From an uncultured SAR86 cluster bacterium (GTDB lineage: Bacteria; Pseudomonadota; Gammaproteobacteria; Magnimaribacterales; TMED112), in assembly GCA_902619265.1 (NCBI GenBank), contig CACNDL010000002.1, positions 8,505-72,504 on the forward strand: DNA of 64,000 nt, read 5' to 3'. Below the pieces are notes generated by a model, which saw nothing but the letters and a program-made list of their open reading frames with translations, was not told the DNA's origin and ran no database searches. This document shows, piece by piece, positions 8,680-18,642 of this stretch. A program made the translations under genes and the position numbers. Positions within the stretch are counted from its first letter, which is position 1; every line of letters begins with the position of its first letter.

Positions 8680-9609
8680 TTGAATACAGAAACACTTCTT
8701 ATAGATCTTGGCGGAACGAACTTGCGTGCAGGAGCGGGTGATACGAGCTCCATGACGATCTCTGACATTCAGAAAATTAAAGTAGATACAAACAAAGATA
8801 TTTTTGATGCTCTTAATGAAATTAGTTCAAAAAACAACTATGAAGAGATTGTTATATCTGCAGCCGGACCAGTGAGTGAAAATAAAATCTCAATGACAAA
8901 TAGAGAGCTCGAAATTAGTGCAGCTGATTTAGAAAAAGAATTAAATGTAAAAGAGTGCCACCTTCTAAATGATTGGGAATCAATTGGTTACTCTCTACCA
9001 TTAATGACAAAAAACGATTTTAACGTGATCAAAAGTGGAAATATGGATAATAGCCAAACCTGTTTGGCAATAGGGCCTGGAACGGGCTTAGGTTTTTCTG
9101 TTTTAAGGTATGTTGGTAATATACCTTATGTATATCCAACCGAGCTTGGTAACGCAAGATCATACAATGATCACTTATCTAATTTATTTGAAATTAGCAA
9201 TTCTAAAAATTTTATTGTTCTAGAGGATTATCTTTCTGGTACAGGAATAAAAAAAATCTATGCTGAAAAATCTGGAAAGAATTTAACTACTGAAGAAATT
9301 GTATCCCTTTATTTAGAGGATGATTTAGCAACATTTGTCTTAAATAATTTTGTTGTTGCTTTGAATAATATCTTACAAGACCTTGCTCTTACATTTAATG
9401 CTAGGGGAGGTATATTTTTTGCTGGAAGTTTAATGCGAACTATTTCTGAAATGAACTCAATCAATTATATTAAAGAAGAATTTAATAAACATTCTTCAGA
9501 AGCACATAGCAATATTTTGAAAAATATTTCAATCAATTTAATAAATAAAGAACATACTCCTTTGTATGGGAACTTGAATTATTCTGTTATAAGGAGGTTA
9601 CATGAATAG
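8680..9609 (+). CDS. glk: glucokinase
   Basis: LLIDLGGTNLR (ATP-binding motif), AIGPGTGLG and GIFFAGS are collinear with E. coli Glk. TTG start. Overlaps the symporter gene by 8 nt. Confidence 0.8.
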   Translation: MNTETLLIDLGGTNLRAGAGDTSSMTISDIQKIKVDTNKDIFDALNEISSKNNYEEIVISAAGPVSENKISMTNRELEISAADLEKELNVKECHLLNDWESIGYSLPLMTKNDFNVIKSGNMDNSQTCLAIGPGTGLGFSVLRYVGNIPYVYPTELGNARSYNDHLSNLFEISNSKNFIVLEDYLSGTGIKKIYAEKSGKNLTTEEIVSLYLEDDLATFVLNNFVVALNNILQDLALTFNARGGIFFAGSLMRTISEMNSINYIKEEFNKHSSEAHSNILKNISINLINKEHTPLYGNLNYSVIRRLHE

Positions 9610-11203
9610 TTTAGATTATCTAATAGTTGGATTTTATGCAGTGGCTTTAATAGCAATTGCAACATATGTTTCAAGGTCAAAACAAGGCCAAGAAAAGACA
9701 CCTGAGGATTATTTTTTGGCTGGAAGATCACTTCCATGGTGGGCTATTGGTACCTCATTAATTGCAGCAAATATTGCTGCCGATCAAATTATAGGTATGA
9801 ATGGTGATGCCTATGCATTTGGAATGGCAATTGCTGTTTACGAATGGACCGCAGCAGTAGCATTAATCGTAGTGGGAAAATTCCTCCTGCCTGTTTATTT
9901 AAAACAACAAGTTTTCACTATGCCGCAACTGTTATCACAGAGATACGATACTCGTGTCAGTAAGTTGTTAGCCGTCCTGATGTTAATTATGTATGTGTTT
10001 GTTATTCTCCCAACAATCTTATGGCTCGGAGCTAAAGCTGTAAATAATCTAACTGGGTTGGACCTCATACTTTCAATGATTTTGCTTGGATTGCTTTCAC
10101 TAGCATATTCGCTATATGGAGGTTTAAAAGCTGTAGCTTTCACAGATATCATACAAGTCAGTCTATTAATTTTTGCAGGGTTATACGTTTCATATGTAGG
10201 GTTAAATGCAATTTCAGACGGTTCTGGAGCATGGGAAGGATTCATGATATTACAGTCAGAATTTCCAGAAAAATTCGATGCATTACTATCTTACGTTCCA
10301 AAAGAGCAAGATCCAGAAGCCTATGGAAACTATGTAAAGCTGCCTGGTATATGGGTTCTTATTGGCGGTATGTGGATTGCTCATTTTTATTACTGGGGAA
10401 CAAATCAATATATCACTCAAAGGGCTTTAGGAGCTAAAAGCCTCAATGAAGCTCAAAATGGTTTGATGTTTGCAGGCTTTCTTAAAATACTAATGCCAGT
10501 TGTGGTTGTTCTGCCAGGCTTGATTGCCGTTGCTTTGGAGGGAACTACTATTCCATCGTTGGAAGGAGATAGAAGTAGGGCATATCCTTCAATGCTTTCA
10601 CTGTTACCTAATGGAATTTTGGGACTAACTTTCGCTGCACTAGTAGCAGCAATTGTTTCATCTTTAGCTTCTCTTACAAATAGTGTGAGCACTATTTTTA
10701 CGATGGATCTATATAAAGGAGATATGTCTATGGAAGATAAAAGTCTTGTGAAGATCGGCAGAAGGGCAGGTTTAGTTGGTTTGATTATTTCAATTATAGT
10801 CGCACCGATATTTTTAGGCAGCTTAGATTCAGCATTTCAGTATGTGCAAGAATACATGGGATTATTCAGCCCGGTTATTCTCTTTGTATTTTTATCAGCA
10901 ATAGTTTTAAAAAATTCGACTTCAAATTCAGTTTTATGGGGTTCAGCTGCAGCATTGGTGGCAGGTGTAATAATGAAACTATATGTAGCGAATACTTCAG
11001 AATCTCTGATTGAGCCATTCATGCATCAAATGGCAATATCTTTCTTTTTAGCGTTTATAGTAAGCGGTCTATTATCTCCTGCTAATGAGAATACAAAAGT
11101 ATTTTCACTAACTGCTGAAGATTTTAGAACATCGACTTTGTTTAATGTTGGTTCAGTCACAATAGTTACTATTTTGGCAGCAATTTATATTACTTACGCA
11201 TAA
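9602..11203 (+). CDS. sodium:solute symporter family (SGLT-type Na+/glucose) transporter
   Basis: 533 aa with about 13-14 TM helices and an SSF-type N-terminus (DYFLAGRSLPWWAIGTSLIAANI..). Lies between glk and the GH3 gene. Confidence 0.8.
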   Translation: MNSLDYLIVGFYAVALIAIATYVSRSKQGQEKTPEDYFLAGRSLPWWAIGTSLIAANIAADQIIGMNGDAYAFGMAIAVYEWTAAVALIVVGKFLLPVYLKQQVFTMPQLLSQRYDTRVSKLLAVLMLIMYVFVILPTILWLGAKAVNNLTGLDLILSMILLGLLSLAYSLYGGLKAVAFTDIIQVSLLIFAGLYVSYVGLNAISDGSGAWEGFMILQSEFPEKFDALLSYVPKEQDPEAYGNYVKLPGIWVLIGGMWIAHFYYWGTNQYITQRALGAKSLNEAQNGLMFAGFLKILMPVVVVLPGLIAVALEGTTIPSLEGDRSRAYPSMLSLLPNGILGLTFAALVAAIVSSLASLTNSVSTIFTMDLYKGDMSMEDKSLVKIGRRAGLVGLIISIIVAPIFLGSLDSAFQYVQEYMGLFSPVILFVFLSAIVLKNSTSNSVLWGSAAALVAGVIMKLYVANTSESLIEPFMHQMAISFFLAFIVSGLLSPANENTKVFSLTAEDFRTSTLFNVGSVTIVTILAAIYITYA

Positions 11204-11208
11204 TTACA

Positions 11209-13626
11209 ATGAGATTAATATTTCTTGCTCTGTTTTCATTCAATATTTTTGCTCAAGATTTAGCATGGGATAGACAAAATTCTTGCCCTGTTGGTGATAT
11301 GGCTTTTGTTGAAAAAGTTTTATCAGAAATGACAGTCGAAGAAAAAGTTGGTCAAACTATTATGGCTGATTTAGATTTTATTAAACCCGTAGATTTAAGA
11401 AGATATCCAATTGGTGGCATTTTGAATGGTGGAAATACTTCCCCTAATGGAAATCAACAAGCAAGCACAGATGAATGGAAAAGCCTTGCTCAAGATTTTT
11501 ATGAAGAATCAATTAAGACTGGCTCAAATATTCCGATCTTATGGGGAACAGATGCTGTTCATGGGCATAGTAATGTTCTTGGTGCAACTATCTTTCCTCA
11601 TAATATTGGTTTAGGTGCATCAGCTAACGAGCAGCTTTTAGAAGCTATTGGTGCTGCAGTTGCAGAAGAAGTTTTGGCTACAGGCTTATATTGGACGTTT
11701 GCTCCTACTGTTACTGTTCCACAAGATTATAGATGGGGTAGAACATATGAAGGTTACTCAGAGAGTCCTGAGCTTGTATCTAAATTAGGTGAATCTTTTA
11801 TTTACGGTCTCCAAGGCAAAGGCGATGAATTTCTAAAATCAAATAAAATTATTGGAACAGCTAAACACTTTCTGGGTGATGGAGGAACATATTTAGGTGT
11901 TGATCAAGGTGATACGAAAGTTGATGAGAAAACATTACAAGATATACATGGAACACCTTATTACAGTGCTTTAGATGCCTGTATTCAAACAGTTATGGCA
12001 AGTTTTAATTCATGGAACGGTTCAAAAGTACATGGAAATGAGTATTTGCTGACAGAAGTTTTAAAGAATCAAATGGGATTCGATGGTTTTGTTGTTGGTG
12101 ATTGGAATGGACATGGACAAATACCTGGTTGTTCAAATGGTAGTTGTCCAGAATCTTTGATTGCTGGGGTGGATATGTATATGGTCCCAGAAAATTGGAA
12201 AGATTTATACCGAAATACATTAAGACAGGCAAAAAATGGCGAAATACCAATGGAGAGGCTTGATGATGCAGTTAAAAGAATATTAATCGTTAAAGAAAGG
12301 CTAGGGTTATTTAAGGGCAAGATGCCATCAAACTCTCCGTTTTCAGAAGTAGGCTTACAACGCAATAGAGATATTGCTAGACAAGCCGTAAGAGAATCAA
12401 TGGTGCTACTGAAAAATAATAATAACGTCTTACCTATACAAAAAGGTAAGAAAGTTTTGGTAGTAGGCTCAGATGCAAATTCACTCAGAACTCAAACTGG
12501 TGGTTGGACATTAGATTGGCAAGGTACAAATAATCAAAATTCAGATTTTCCCGGATCAATAACATTTTTACAGGCATTAAAAGAAGAACTGGGAAATGAG
12601 AATGTTACTTACGTAGAATTCTTAAATGAAGTTAAGGGCGATTACGATTTAGCTATCATAGCTTATGGTGAACAACCTTATGCTGAAGGAGTAGGAGACA
12701 GATCTAACTTAAATTTTGCATCTACAAGACACATTGCTTATTTGGAACTTGTGAAAAAAAATAAAATACCTGCAGTTTCATTATTTTTTACAGGCCGACC
12801 ATTGTGGGTAACAAAAGAAATAAATTTATCTGATGCTTTTGTTGTTGCATGGTTACCTGGCACAGAATCAAGAGGCATGACAGATGTTTTGGTCGAGACT
12901 GATGGGTCAAATTATGATTTCACAGGCAAGCTACCATTTAGTTGGCCAAAAACCACATACCAAGCAAACCTAAACTATTACGATGCTACAAGTGATCCTT
13001 TGTTTTCTTTTGGATATGGTCTGGATTATTCAGACAAAATTTTAGTTCCAACACTCGATGAAGGTGCCGCAAACATAAATGAAGAGTTAACTAAAATTGA
13101 ATTATTAAAAGGGAGTATTAACGATGGATTTATCGGATATATCCAAGAAAGCAATCTTCAACAAGTGCAAATAACAAGCAATAAAGTTTCTTCACAAAAC
13201 GATATTGTGAGTATTGACTTAATTGATGTGAATAAACAAGACGATACATTAAATTTAAAAATTAAAGGCACAGACCACTTAAATAGCTTCTTGTTGTTAT
13301 CGAAAGAAATTCTCAATCTTAGATCTTTTGACGATGGCTACATAAACATGAAAGCTAGACTTAATGAAACTAATGGCGATATAAAATATTTAATTTCATG
13401 TGGTATAGGCTGCACACCAGTTGTGGATTTATCAGAATTCTTAAAAGAATCAGAAGATTTTATTGAATACAGTCTTCCTCTTAAGTGTTTTTCTAATAAT
13501 AGCAGTCTCGATTTATCAAAGGTAAATCTTCCAATGTACTTAGCTACAAAAGGACCTTTAGATTTAGATTTAATGAACGTAGAGATTGGAAGAGATAAAG
13601 GCGATAAGGTACTTAAGTGTTATTAA
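11209..13626 (+). CDS. periplasmic GH3 exo-beta-glucosidase (ExoP/BglX type, with extra C-terminal domain)
   Basis: Signal peptide; GH3 motifs (GGILNGGN, WGTDAVHGH, KHFLGDGGT, GFVVGDW nucleophile region); about 200 extra C-terminal residues, as in ExoP-type enzymes. Confidence 0.85.
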   Translation: MRLIFLALFSFNIFAQDLAWDRQNSCPVGDMAFVEKVLSEMTVEEKVGQTIMADLDFIKPVDLRRYPIGGILNGGNTSPNGNQQASTDEWKSLAQDFYEESIKTGSNIPILWGTDAVHGHSNVLGATIFPHNIGLGASANEQLLEAIGAAVAEEVLATGLYWTFAPTVTVPQDYRWGRTYEGYSESPELVSKLGESFIYGLQGKGDEFLKSNKIIGTAKHFLGDGGTYLGVDQGDTKVDEKTLQDIHGTPYYSALDACIQTVMASFNSWNGSKVHGNEYLLTEVLKNQMGFDGFVVGDWNGHGQIPGCSNGSCPESLIAGVDMYMVPENWKDLYRNTLRQAKNGEIPMERLDDAVKRILIVKERLGLFKGKMPSNSPFSEVGLQRNRDIARQAVRESMVLLKNNNNVLPIQKGKKVLVVGSDANSLRTQTGGWTLDWQGTNNQNSDFPGSITFLQALKEELGNENVTYVEFLNEVKGDYDLAIIAYGEQPYAEGVGDRSNLNFASTRHIAYLELVKKNKIPAVSLFFTGRPLWVTKEINLSDAFVVAWLPGTESRGMTDVLVETDGSNYDFTGKLPFSWPKTTYQANLNYYDATSDPLFSFGYGLDYSDKILVPTLDEGAANINEELTKIELLKGSINDGFIGYIQESNLQQVQITSNKVSSQNDIVSIDLIDVNKQDDTLNLKIKGTDHLNSFLLLSKEILNLRSFDDGYINMKARLNETNGDIKYLISCGIGCTPVVDLSEFLKESEDFIEYSLPLKCFSNNSSLDLSKVNLPMYLATKGPLDLDLMNVEIGRDKGDKVLKCY

Positions 13627-14093
13627 AGCACTATTTCATGCTCTGAAATTACAATGCCATTCTCATCAGCATAAACCCATTGGCTGGATTTTATTTCCAC
13701 ATTATCTACCTTAAAAATACTATTGAGCTTTCCTTTACCTTCTTTTTTACTTTTTTTGGGACATGATCCCCTTGCATAAATACCAAAATCTAGAGACTGT
13801 AAAATTTCTACATCTCTAACACACCCATTTACAATTACACCAGACCAATTATTTTGCTTCCCGAGAAGCGCTAAATTATCTCCGAGAAGCGCAACATTTT
13901 TAGAATTATTTCCGTTAATAAATAATACTGATTTATTTCCGTCAGTACTCAAAATTTCTCTAACTAGAGAATTATCATCAGGACAATTAACTGTTACTAA
14001 TTTCCCAAAAAAACTTTTTTTATTTGAAAAGCAATTAAAATCCAAAATGAAAGGTAATTCAGGGTGCAAGTCTAAAATATCTGGCGTTGTCAT
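13623..14093 (-). CDS. rraA: RraA (regulator of RNase E activity A / RraA-family aldolase)
   Basis: Collinear with E. coli RraA: FFGKLVTVNCPDDN, GDNLALLGKQNNWSGVIVNGCVRDV, VYADENGIVISE. I prefer the ATG at 14093 to the TTG at 14099 used by the ORF track. Confidence 0.8.
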   Translation of the reverse strand: MTTPDILDLHPELPFILDFNCFSNKKSFFGKLVTVNCPDDNSLVREILSTDGNKSVLFINGNNSKNVALLGDNLALLGKQNNWSGVIVNGCVRDVEILQSLDFGIYARGSCPKKSKKEGKGKLNSIFKVDNVEIKSSQWVYADENGIVISEHEIVL

Positions 14094-14118
14094 AAACAAA
14101 AGGGAGGCGAACCTCCCT
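14094..14118 (-). terminator. rho-independent terminator after the TBDR gene, abutting the rraA start
   Basis: On the minus strand: AGGGAGG-ttcg-CCTCCCT followed by TTTTGTTT, then ATG. Confidence 0.6.
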
Positions 14119-14141
14119 TATATCTTAAACAAAAAAATTGT

Positions 14142-16868
14142 TTACCAGTAGTACCCAAATCTTATTACTTTTTGTGAAGGAGCTGAGTAAGCACCTCTTG
14201 GAATTCCAGCTTCAATTCCAATATACCAAGGTACAACTTCACTTTTAGCATTATAAGAAGCGTACTGAATATACCAACTATCTTTTGAATCAAGGGTTAA
14301 GAAGTAGTCAAACATCTCCCAAGCTGGTCTTTTATCCGTATAGTTTTCAAGTGGCTGACAGAAATAATTTGGTCCATCACAACCCCCTTCATCATTTAGA
14401 TGCTTATCCATATTCCATGGAGTTACGTATGAATCTGACTCCCAGTGATAATTAATTCCTGGTTTAAGTTCCATACCATTTTGCAGTCGATATGTATGTT
14501 CATATCTAACAGTCAGAGCTACATCAGGAGTATAAGGCGCTTCATTTCCTTTTAAATTCACAAAGTTATTTGGATTAGTTGGGTCAATTGAAGCTCCATA
14601 ATCTCTTCCAAATAAAGCATCTTGCCCATATCTCCACATAGTATTGAAATCTTCTGTGAACTCAGTGTGATAGCTTGTTACAAAACCTGACAATTTACCA
14701 CCATCGTACGGTAACCAAGTGTATTCAAATTCAACACCCCAATGGGTTTGTTCTCCAAAGTTTTCAGTTGTCCATAGAGTTACTCCTTGATCAAAGTAAG
14801 TGAATTGTCCAAATGTTGGTGAATTAGGATCAGAGTCGTAACCATAAACTTCGACGACATCGACAGGCAAGTTGCCTGTGAATTGTTTGCCGTCATATAC
14901 GGTATAGAAAACATTAAATGCATAATTAAGTGTATTTTCTTCATTCTTAGCTTTAATTCCCCATTCAGCTGTCGTGACATATTCTGGATCATAGTTTAAA
15001 TCCACTCTTTGGCCTTCTGAATACAGAATGGAGTTACTTGGAGCAACATAGACATCCGCTAAACTTCCTGATTTATAAGCATTAGCAAGGTAAGCATACA
15101 TGAAAGATGTGTCACTCATATCCCAATCAAGCCCTAGCCTCCAAGAGAAATTGTCCCAAGATTGCGAGGTATCATTATTAGTAACAACAACACCACATCC
15201 TATCATTGGAGCAACACAATCTACCCCATCTATCATTCTTCCCATTTCTATCCAATAGTCTGGTGCTAACTGATTTATTGCATCAAATGGATTTCCACCT
15301 GTGTCGTAGATTTGCGGATAACATCCGTTTCCAGTATTACAATTAATGTTTCTTCCACCAACATCTGATTTTTCATCGTATGAAAATCTTCCACCAAGTG
15401 TAAAAAATAAATCATCCCTTAAAGCATATGTAGCTTGTCCATAAACTGCGTAGTGATTTAACTCTCTATTAGGTTGCCAGAAGAAATCGTGTCCATTTAG
15501 CTCAGCTGTAAAGTTAGCGAGCATATCGTTATCTTCGGTGCTTGAGAAAACACCACCAACCCACGCCCATTCTTCATTAGCACCTGTGATGTATGCATCA
15601 AGTACATTCGATTCCGTTAAAAGTCTATTTATATTAAAAGCCATACCATATTGGTAATTTACACCTCCATCTATCTCGAATTGACTTGATTGTTCAAGTT
15701 CTTGATAGCCGTAGTTGACAGTTAAATTTGTTGTAGCATCTAATTGTTTTTTGTAAATTGCTCTAAATGAGTCGATAGTCATTTTATTAAAACCAGGTGT
15801 ATTGGCGTAAGATTGATATCGATCCTCAGACCCAAGGATGTCTGTACAAGTATTTACAGGCCTATCCTTTGCAGTAAAGCCTTGTCTTGTTTTCATGAGC
15901 TCACAACTAAGTACATTTGTCCAACCTTTGCCATTGTCCTCATAATTTTCATATTGAAGATTTAGATCAGAATTATCATCAATAACGTAGGTAGCACTTA
16001 TTCTCCAAGCACTATCATTAATTGCAGTATAAAATTCTGATGGGTCAGCTTTTATTTTATTGTAGGGGTCTGAAAAATTTCCTTGACCGCATCCATTGCC
16101 AGGCTGAGTTGAACAACCAAGGTACCAAGCATAATCAGATATATAACTTCTTTGATCTGGGCTTGTTATTACTTGAAATTGATCACTTATATTAGATGGA
16201 AGCCTTCTCCAATCTAGTTGGGAACCATCCCAAAAACCGTCCAAAAATGAATCTTTAGATTGCTCCATATAAGCAAACCTCAAAGCTAACTTTTCATTGA
16301 TCGGGAGATTGTAGTGGGCTCTAAGACCAGCTTGATTCAGTTGACCACCTTCAAGATTAAGTGAACCACCTTGAATATCAAAGTTTGGTTTTGCAGTAAC
16401 TATATTTAATGTCCCTACAACTGAATTTCTTCCATATAGTGTGCCTTGAGGTCCTCTTGTTAATTCTGTTCTTTCCAAATCGAACATTAGTGCATTAGCA
16501 GCTTGGGGTCTTGCAACATAAACACCATCAACATGTATACCAACAGCAGGATCGCCCAGCTCAGTAACATTTTCAGTTCTGATCCCTCTCAATGTAATTA
16601 TTGGAGCATTGGTATCAGTATTTTGTACATACAGACCGGGAATCATATTATTCAGGTCTCTGATATTATTAAGCCCCAACTCTAAAAGTTGATTGCCTGA
16701 TAATGCAGTTACAGCTTGAGCCGTATCAAGTATATCTTTTTCTGTTTTTGTGGCAGTTGTAACAACTACTTCCAAGCCTTCGTCTTCATCCTCAGATTCT
16801 TGTGCAAATAATGGCAACAGCAAAGATGTGAAAAGTAAAGTTTTTAGAAATTTTTCTCGATAATTCAT
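14142..16868 (-). CDS. TonB-dependent outer-membrane receptor (laminarin-locus TBDR)
   Basis: 908 aa. Signal peptide, plug motifs (EVVVTTATKTEKD, LRGIRTE, RGPQGTLYGRNSVVGTLN), C-terminal ..FGYYW. Divergent from the GH16 gene. Confidence 0.9.
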   Translation of the reverse strand: MNYREKFLKTLLFTSLLLPLFAQESEDEDEGLEVVVTTATKTEKDILDTAQAVTALSGNQLLELGLNNIRDLNNMIPGLYVQNTDTNAPIITLRGIRTENVTELGDPAVGIHVDGVYVARPQAANALMFDLERTELTRGPQGTLYGRNSVVGTLNIVTAKPNFDIQGGSLNLEGGQLNQAGLRAHYNLPINEKLALRFAYMEQSKDSFLDGFWDGSQLDWRRLPSNISDQFQVITSPDQRSYISDYAWYLGCSTQPGNGCGQGNFSDPYNKIKADPSEFYTAINDSAWRISATYVIDDNSDLNLQYENYEDNGKGWTNVLSCELMKTRQGFTAKDRPVNTCTDILGSEDRYQSYANTPGFNKMTIDSFRAIYKKQLDATTNLTVNYGYQELEQSSQFEIDGGVNYQYGMAFNINRLLTESNVLDAYITGANEEWAWVGGVFSSTEDNDMLANFTAELNGHDFFWQPNRELNHYAVYGQATYALRDDLFFTLGGRFSYDEKSDVGGRNINCNTGNGCYPQIYDTGGNPFDAINQLAPDYWIEMGRMIDGVDCVAPMIGCGVVVTNNDTSQSWDNFSWRLGLDWDMSDTSFMYAYLANAYKSGSLADVYVAPSNSILYSEGQRVDLNYDPEYVTTAEWGIKAKNEENTLNYAFNVFYTVYDGKQFTGNLPVDVVEVYGYDSDPNSPTFGQFTYFDQGVTLWTTENFGEQTHWGVEFEYTWLPYDGGKLSGFVTSYHTEFTEDFNTMWRYGQDALFGRDYGASIDPTNPNNFVNLKGNEAPYTPDVALTVRYEHTYRLQNGMELKPGINYHWESDSYVTPWNMDKHLNDEGGCDGPNYFCQPLENYTDKRPAWEMFDYFLTLDSKDSWYIQYASYNAKSEVVPWYIGIEAGIPRGAYSAPSQKVIRFGYYW

Positions 16869-16930
16869 AGTTCCCCAATAGTGTTAAAAGACGTTAAAAA
16901 AATAAACTTATTGGCCCATTATGTCAATGA

Positions 16931-16958
16931 TTTACATATAGTTGAACGTTGATATAAT
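16931..16958 (+). promoter_or_regulatory. candidate sigma70 promoter for the GH16 gene, with an ACGTT-core element in the spacer
   Basis: TTTACA-16 nt-TATAAT, 44 nt upstream of ATG 17002. The spacer contains TGAACGTTGA. AT-rich DNA makes chance matches likely. Confidence 0.35.
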
Positions 16959-17001
16959 CAAGCCTGACGTTCGCTTGCTTTTGTAAATTATAAAAATATT
17001 A

Positions 17002-18642
17002 ATGACGCGTAAAATATCAATTCTTAAAAATGCTTTTTTACTGATACTGCTTGCAGCATGTTCTGGTGGTTCGTCAGGTACAAATGAGGGAATATATCCT
17101 GTGCCAACTCCGGCACCAACTCCGGCACCAACTCCGGCACCAACTCCGGCACCAACTCCTGAACCAACCCCTGAACCAACGCCTGAACCTACTCCGGCAC
17201 CGAATACTTTGTATGAAGATGATTTCGAAGATTATGCTATAGATGCAACATCAATAAGCCCATGGAAAGCTTTTGTAGATCGGTTCCAACCCGATTGCAC
17301 AACCTATATTAACGGTTATCAAGTTAGTCCAGCACCAAACGGAGATAACATTAGTAGTATATCTTCGGGTGAAGCGGGGCAAAACGGTGGTACTCAATAT
17401 TTAAATGTATTCAGCAATTATAATGATGATCATAATTCTTATTGCCTTGAAACAAGTGTTTATAGAGAATTTATTATCAACGATTCGTTTGAAGGGGATT
17501 TCTCTTTTACATTTGATGCTAAACGACCTGAGTCTCTGCAATATGCTGTAGCTGCTCCATCCAATGCAAAAGCGTTTATAAAAAAATTAGATCCAAATGC
17601 TGGTTACAGCACAGTTGAATATATATCCAAAGATCTTACCGAGATTTCTAGAAATGATTGGTCAAGGCATGAATTAACAACCGAAGTAGATTCAGTAGCA
17701 GAACAAGGTTTATATTTTCAGTTCGGTTACAACAACGTAGCAACTTCATATAACCCAAGTGGAGTTCTCTATGATAACGTTGTGATAGAGGGTGGTTTAG
17801 CTCCTGAGCCAACTCCAGCACCGACAGTTGATTTTTGTCCTAATAATTCACCAAATGAATATGATGACTATACATTAACTTGGGAAGATCAATTTAATGA
17901 GGATTCACTTGATACAAGTGTGTGGTCATATATGTATGGTGATGGTTCTCAATATGGTATTCCTGGGTGGGGAAATAGTGAATGGCAGCTTTACACTGGT
18001 GATGCTGAAAATGTTTATGTCGTAAATGGGTGTCTTTATATTGTTCCGAAATATAGTCAATCAGAGGACCAATACTATAGTGCGCGACTGAGGTCAAAAG
18101 ATGGGCAGACGTTTCAATTTGGAAGAATAGATGTTGGATTTTCAGCACCTGCTATGGATGGTGTCTGGCCAGCAATTTGGATGATGCCAGAGGATGATAG
18201 ATATGGAGGCTGGCCAAGAAGCGGTGAAATAGATTTATTTGAAGGTAAAGATAAATTGATTGATCAGATAAATACGACAGCTCATTATGGGCATGATTTC
18301 CATCGATATTATTCCAGATGGACTTCTCTGACACCGCAGGATTATACCAGCGATCCAATTAATCATAATGTTATAAGTTTAATTTGGGATGATGTAGGTT
18401 TTGAGTGGGTGTATAACGGCGTATCCTTGTTCACAGTAGAATATGCATCATTACCTAACTTAGAGCCAAATCCGTTTCTTGAAAGATTTCATATGCTTTT
18501 GAATTCAGCGGTTGGTGGACATTATCCTGCATATGCTCCTAACCCAGACCAATATTGTAAGTTAAATGATACTGCTGCGTGTTATGATTCACAGAAATTA
18601 ATAATTGACTATGTTGCCTATTATCAAAAAAACACTAACTAA
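17002..18642 (+). CDS. surface lipoprotein: CBM-like domain + GH16 endo-beta-1,3-glucanase (laminarinase)
   Basis: Lipobox LLAAC. P/T/A/E linker, then an N-terminal jelly-roll-like domain and a second PEPTPAPT linker. GH16 catalytic signature WPAIWMMP...WPRSGEIDLFE (ExDxxE). Confidence 0.85.
   Translation: MTRKISILKNAFLLILLAACSGGSSGTNEGIYPVPTPAPTPAPTPAPTPAPTPEPTPEPTPEPTPAPNTLYEDDFEDYAIDATSISPWKAFVDRFQPDCTTYINGYQVSPAPNGDNISSISSGEAGQNGGTQYLNVFSNYNDDHNSYCLETSVYREFIINDSFEGDFSFTFDAKRPESLQYAVAAPSNAKAFIKKLDPNAGYSTVEYISKDLTEISRNDWSRHELTTEVDSVAEQGLYFQFGYNNVATSYNPSGVLYDNVVIEGGLAPEPTPAPTVDFCPNNSPNEYDDYTLTWEDQFNEDSLDTSVWSYMYGDGSQYGIPGWGNSEWQLYTGDAENVYVVNGCLYIVPKYSQSEDQYYSARLRSKDGQTFQFGRIDVGFSAPAMDGVWPAIWMMPEDDRYGGWPRSGEIDLFEGKDKLIDQINTTAHYGHDFHRYYSRWTSLTPQDYTSDPINHNVISLIWDDVGFEWVYNGVSLFTVEYASLPNLEPNPFLERFHMLLNSAVGGHYPAYAPNPDQYCKLNDTAACYDSQKLIIDYVAYYQKNTN
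17104..17199 (+). repeat. 12-nt tandem repeat (8 units) encoding the (PTPA/PTPE)n linker
   Basis: CCAACTCCGGCA is repeated 4 times perfectly, followed by 4 diverged units (..CCTGAA x3, CCTACTCCGGCA). Confidence 0.95.

Noticed and set aside
17051-17242. 63-aa ORF (..RHQLRHQLRHQL..) across the 12-nt repeat.
   Set aside because: It is an alternative-frame reading of the PT-linker repeat inside the GH16 gene, and so an artefact of repeat periodicity.
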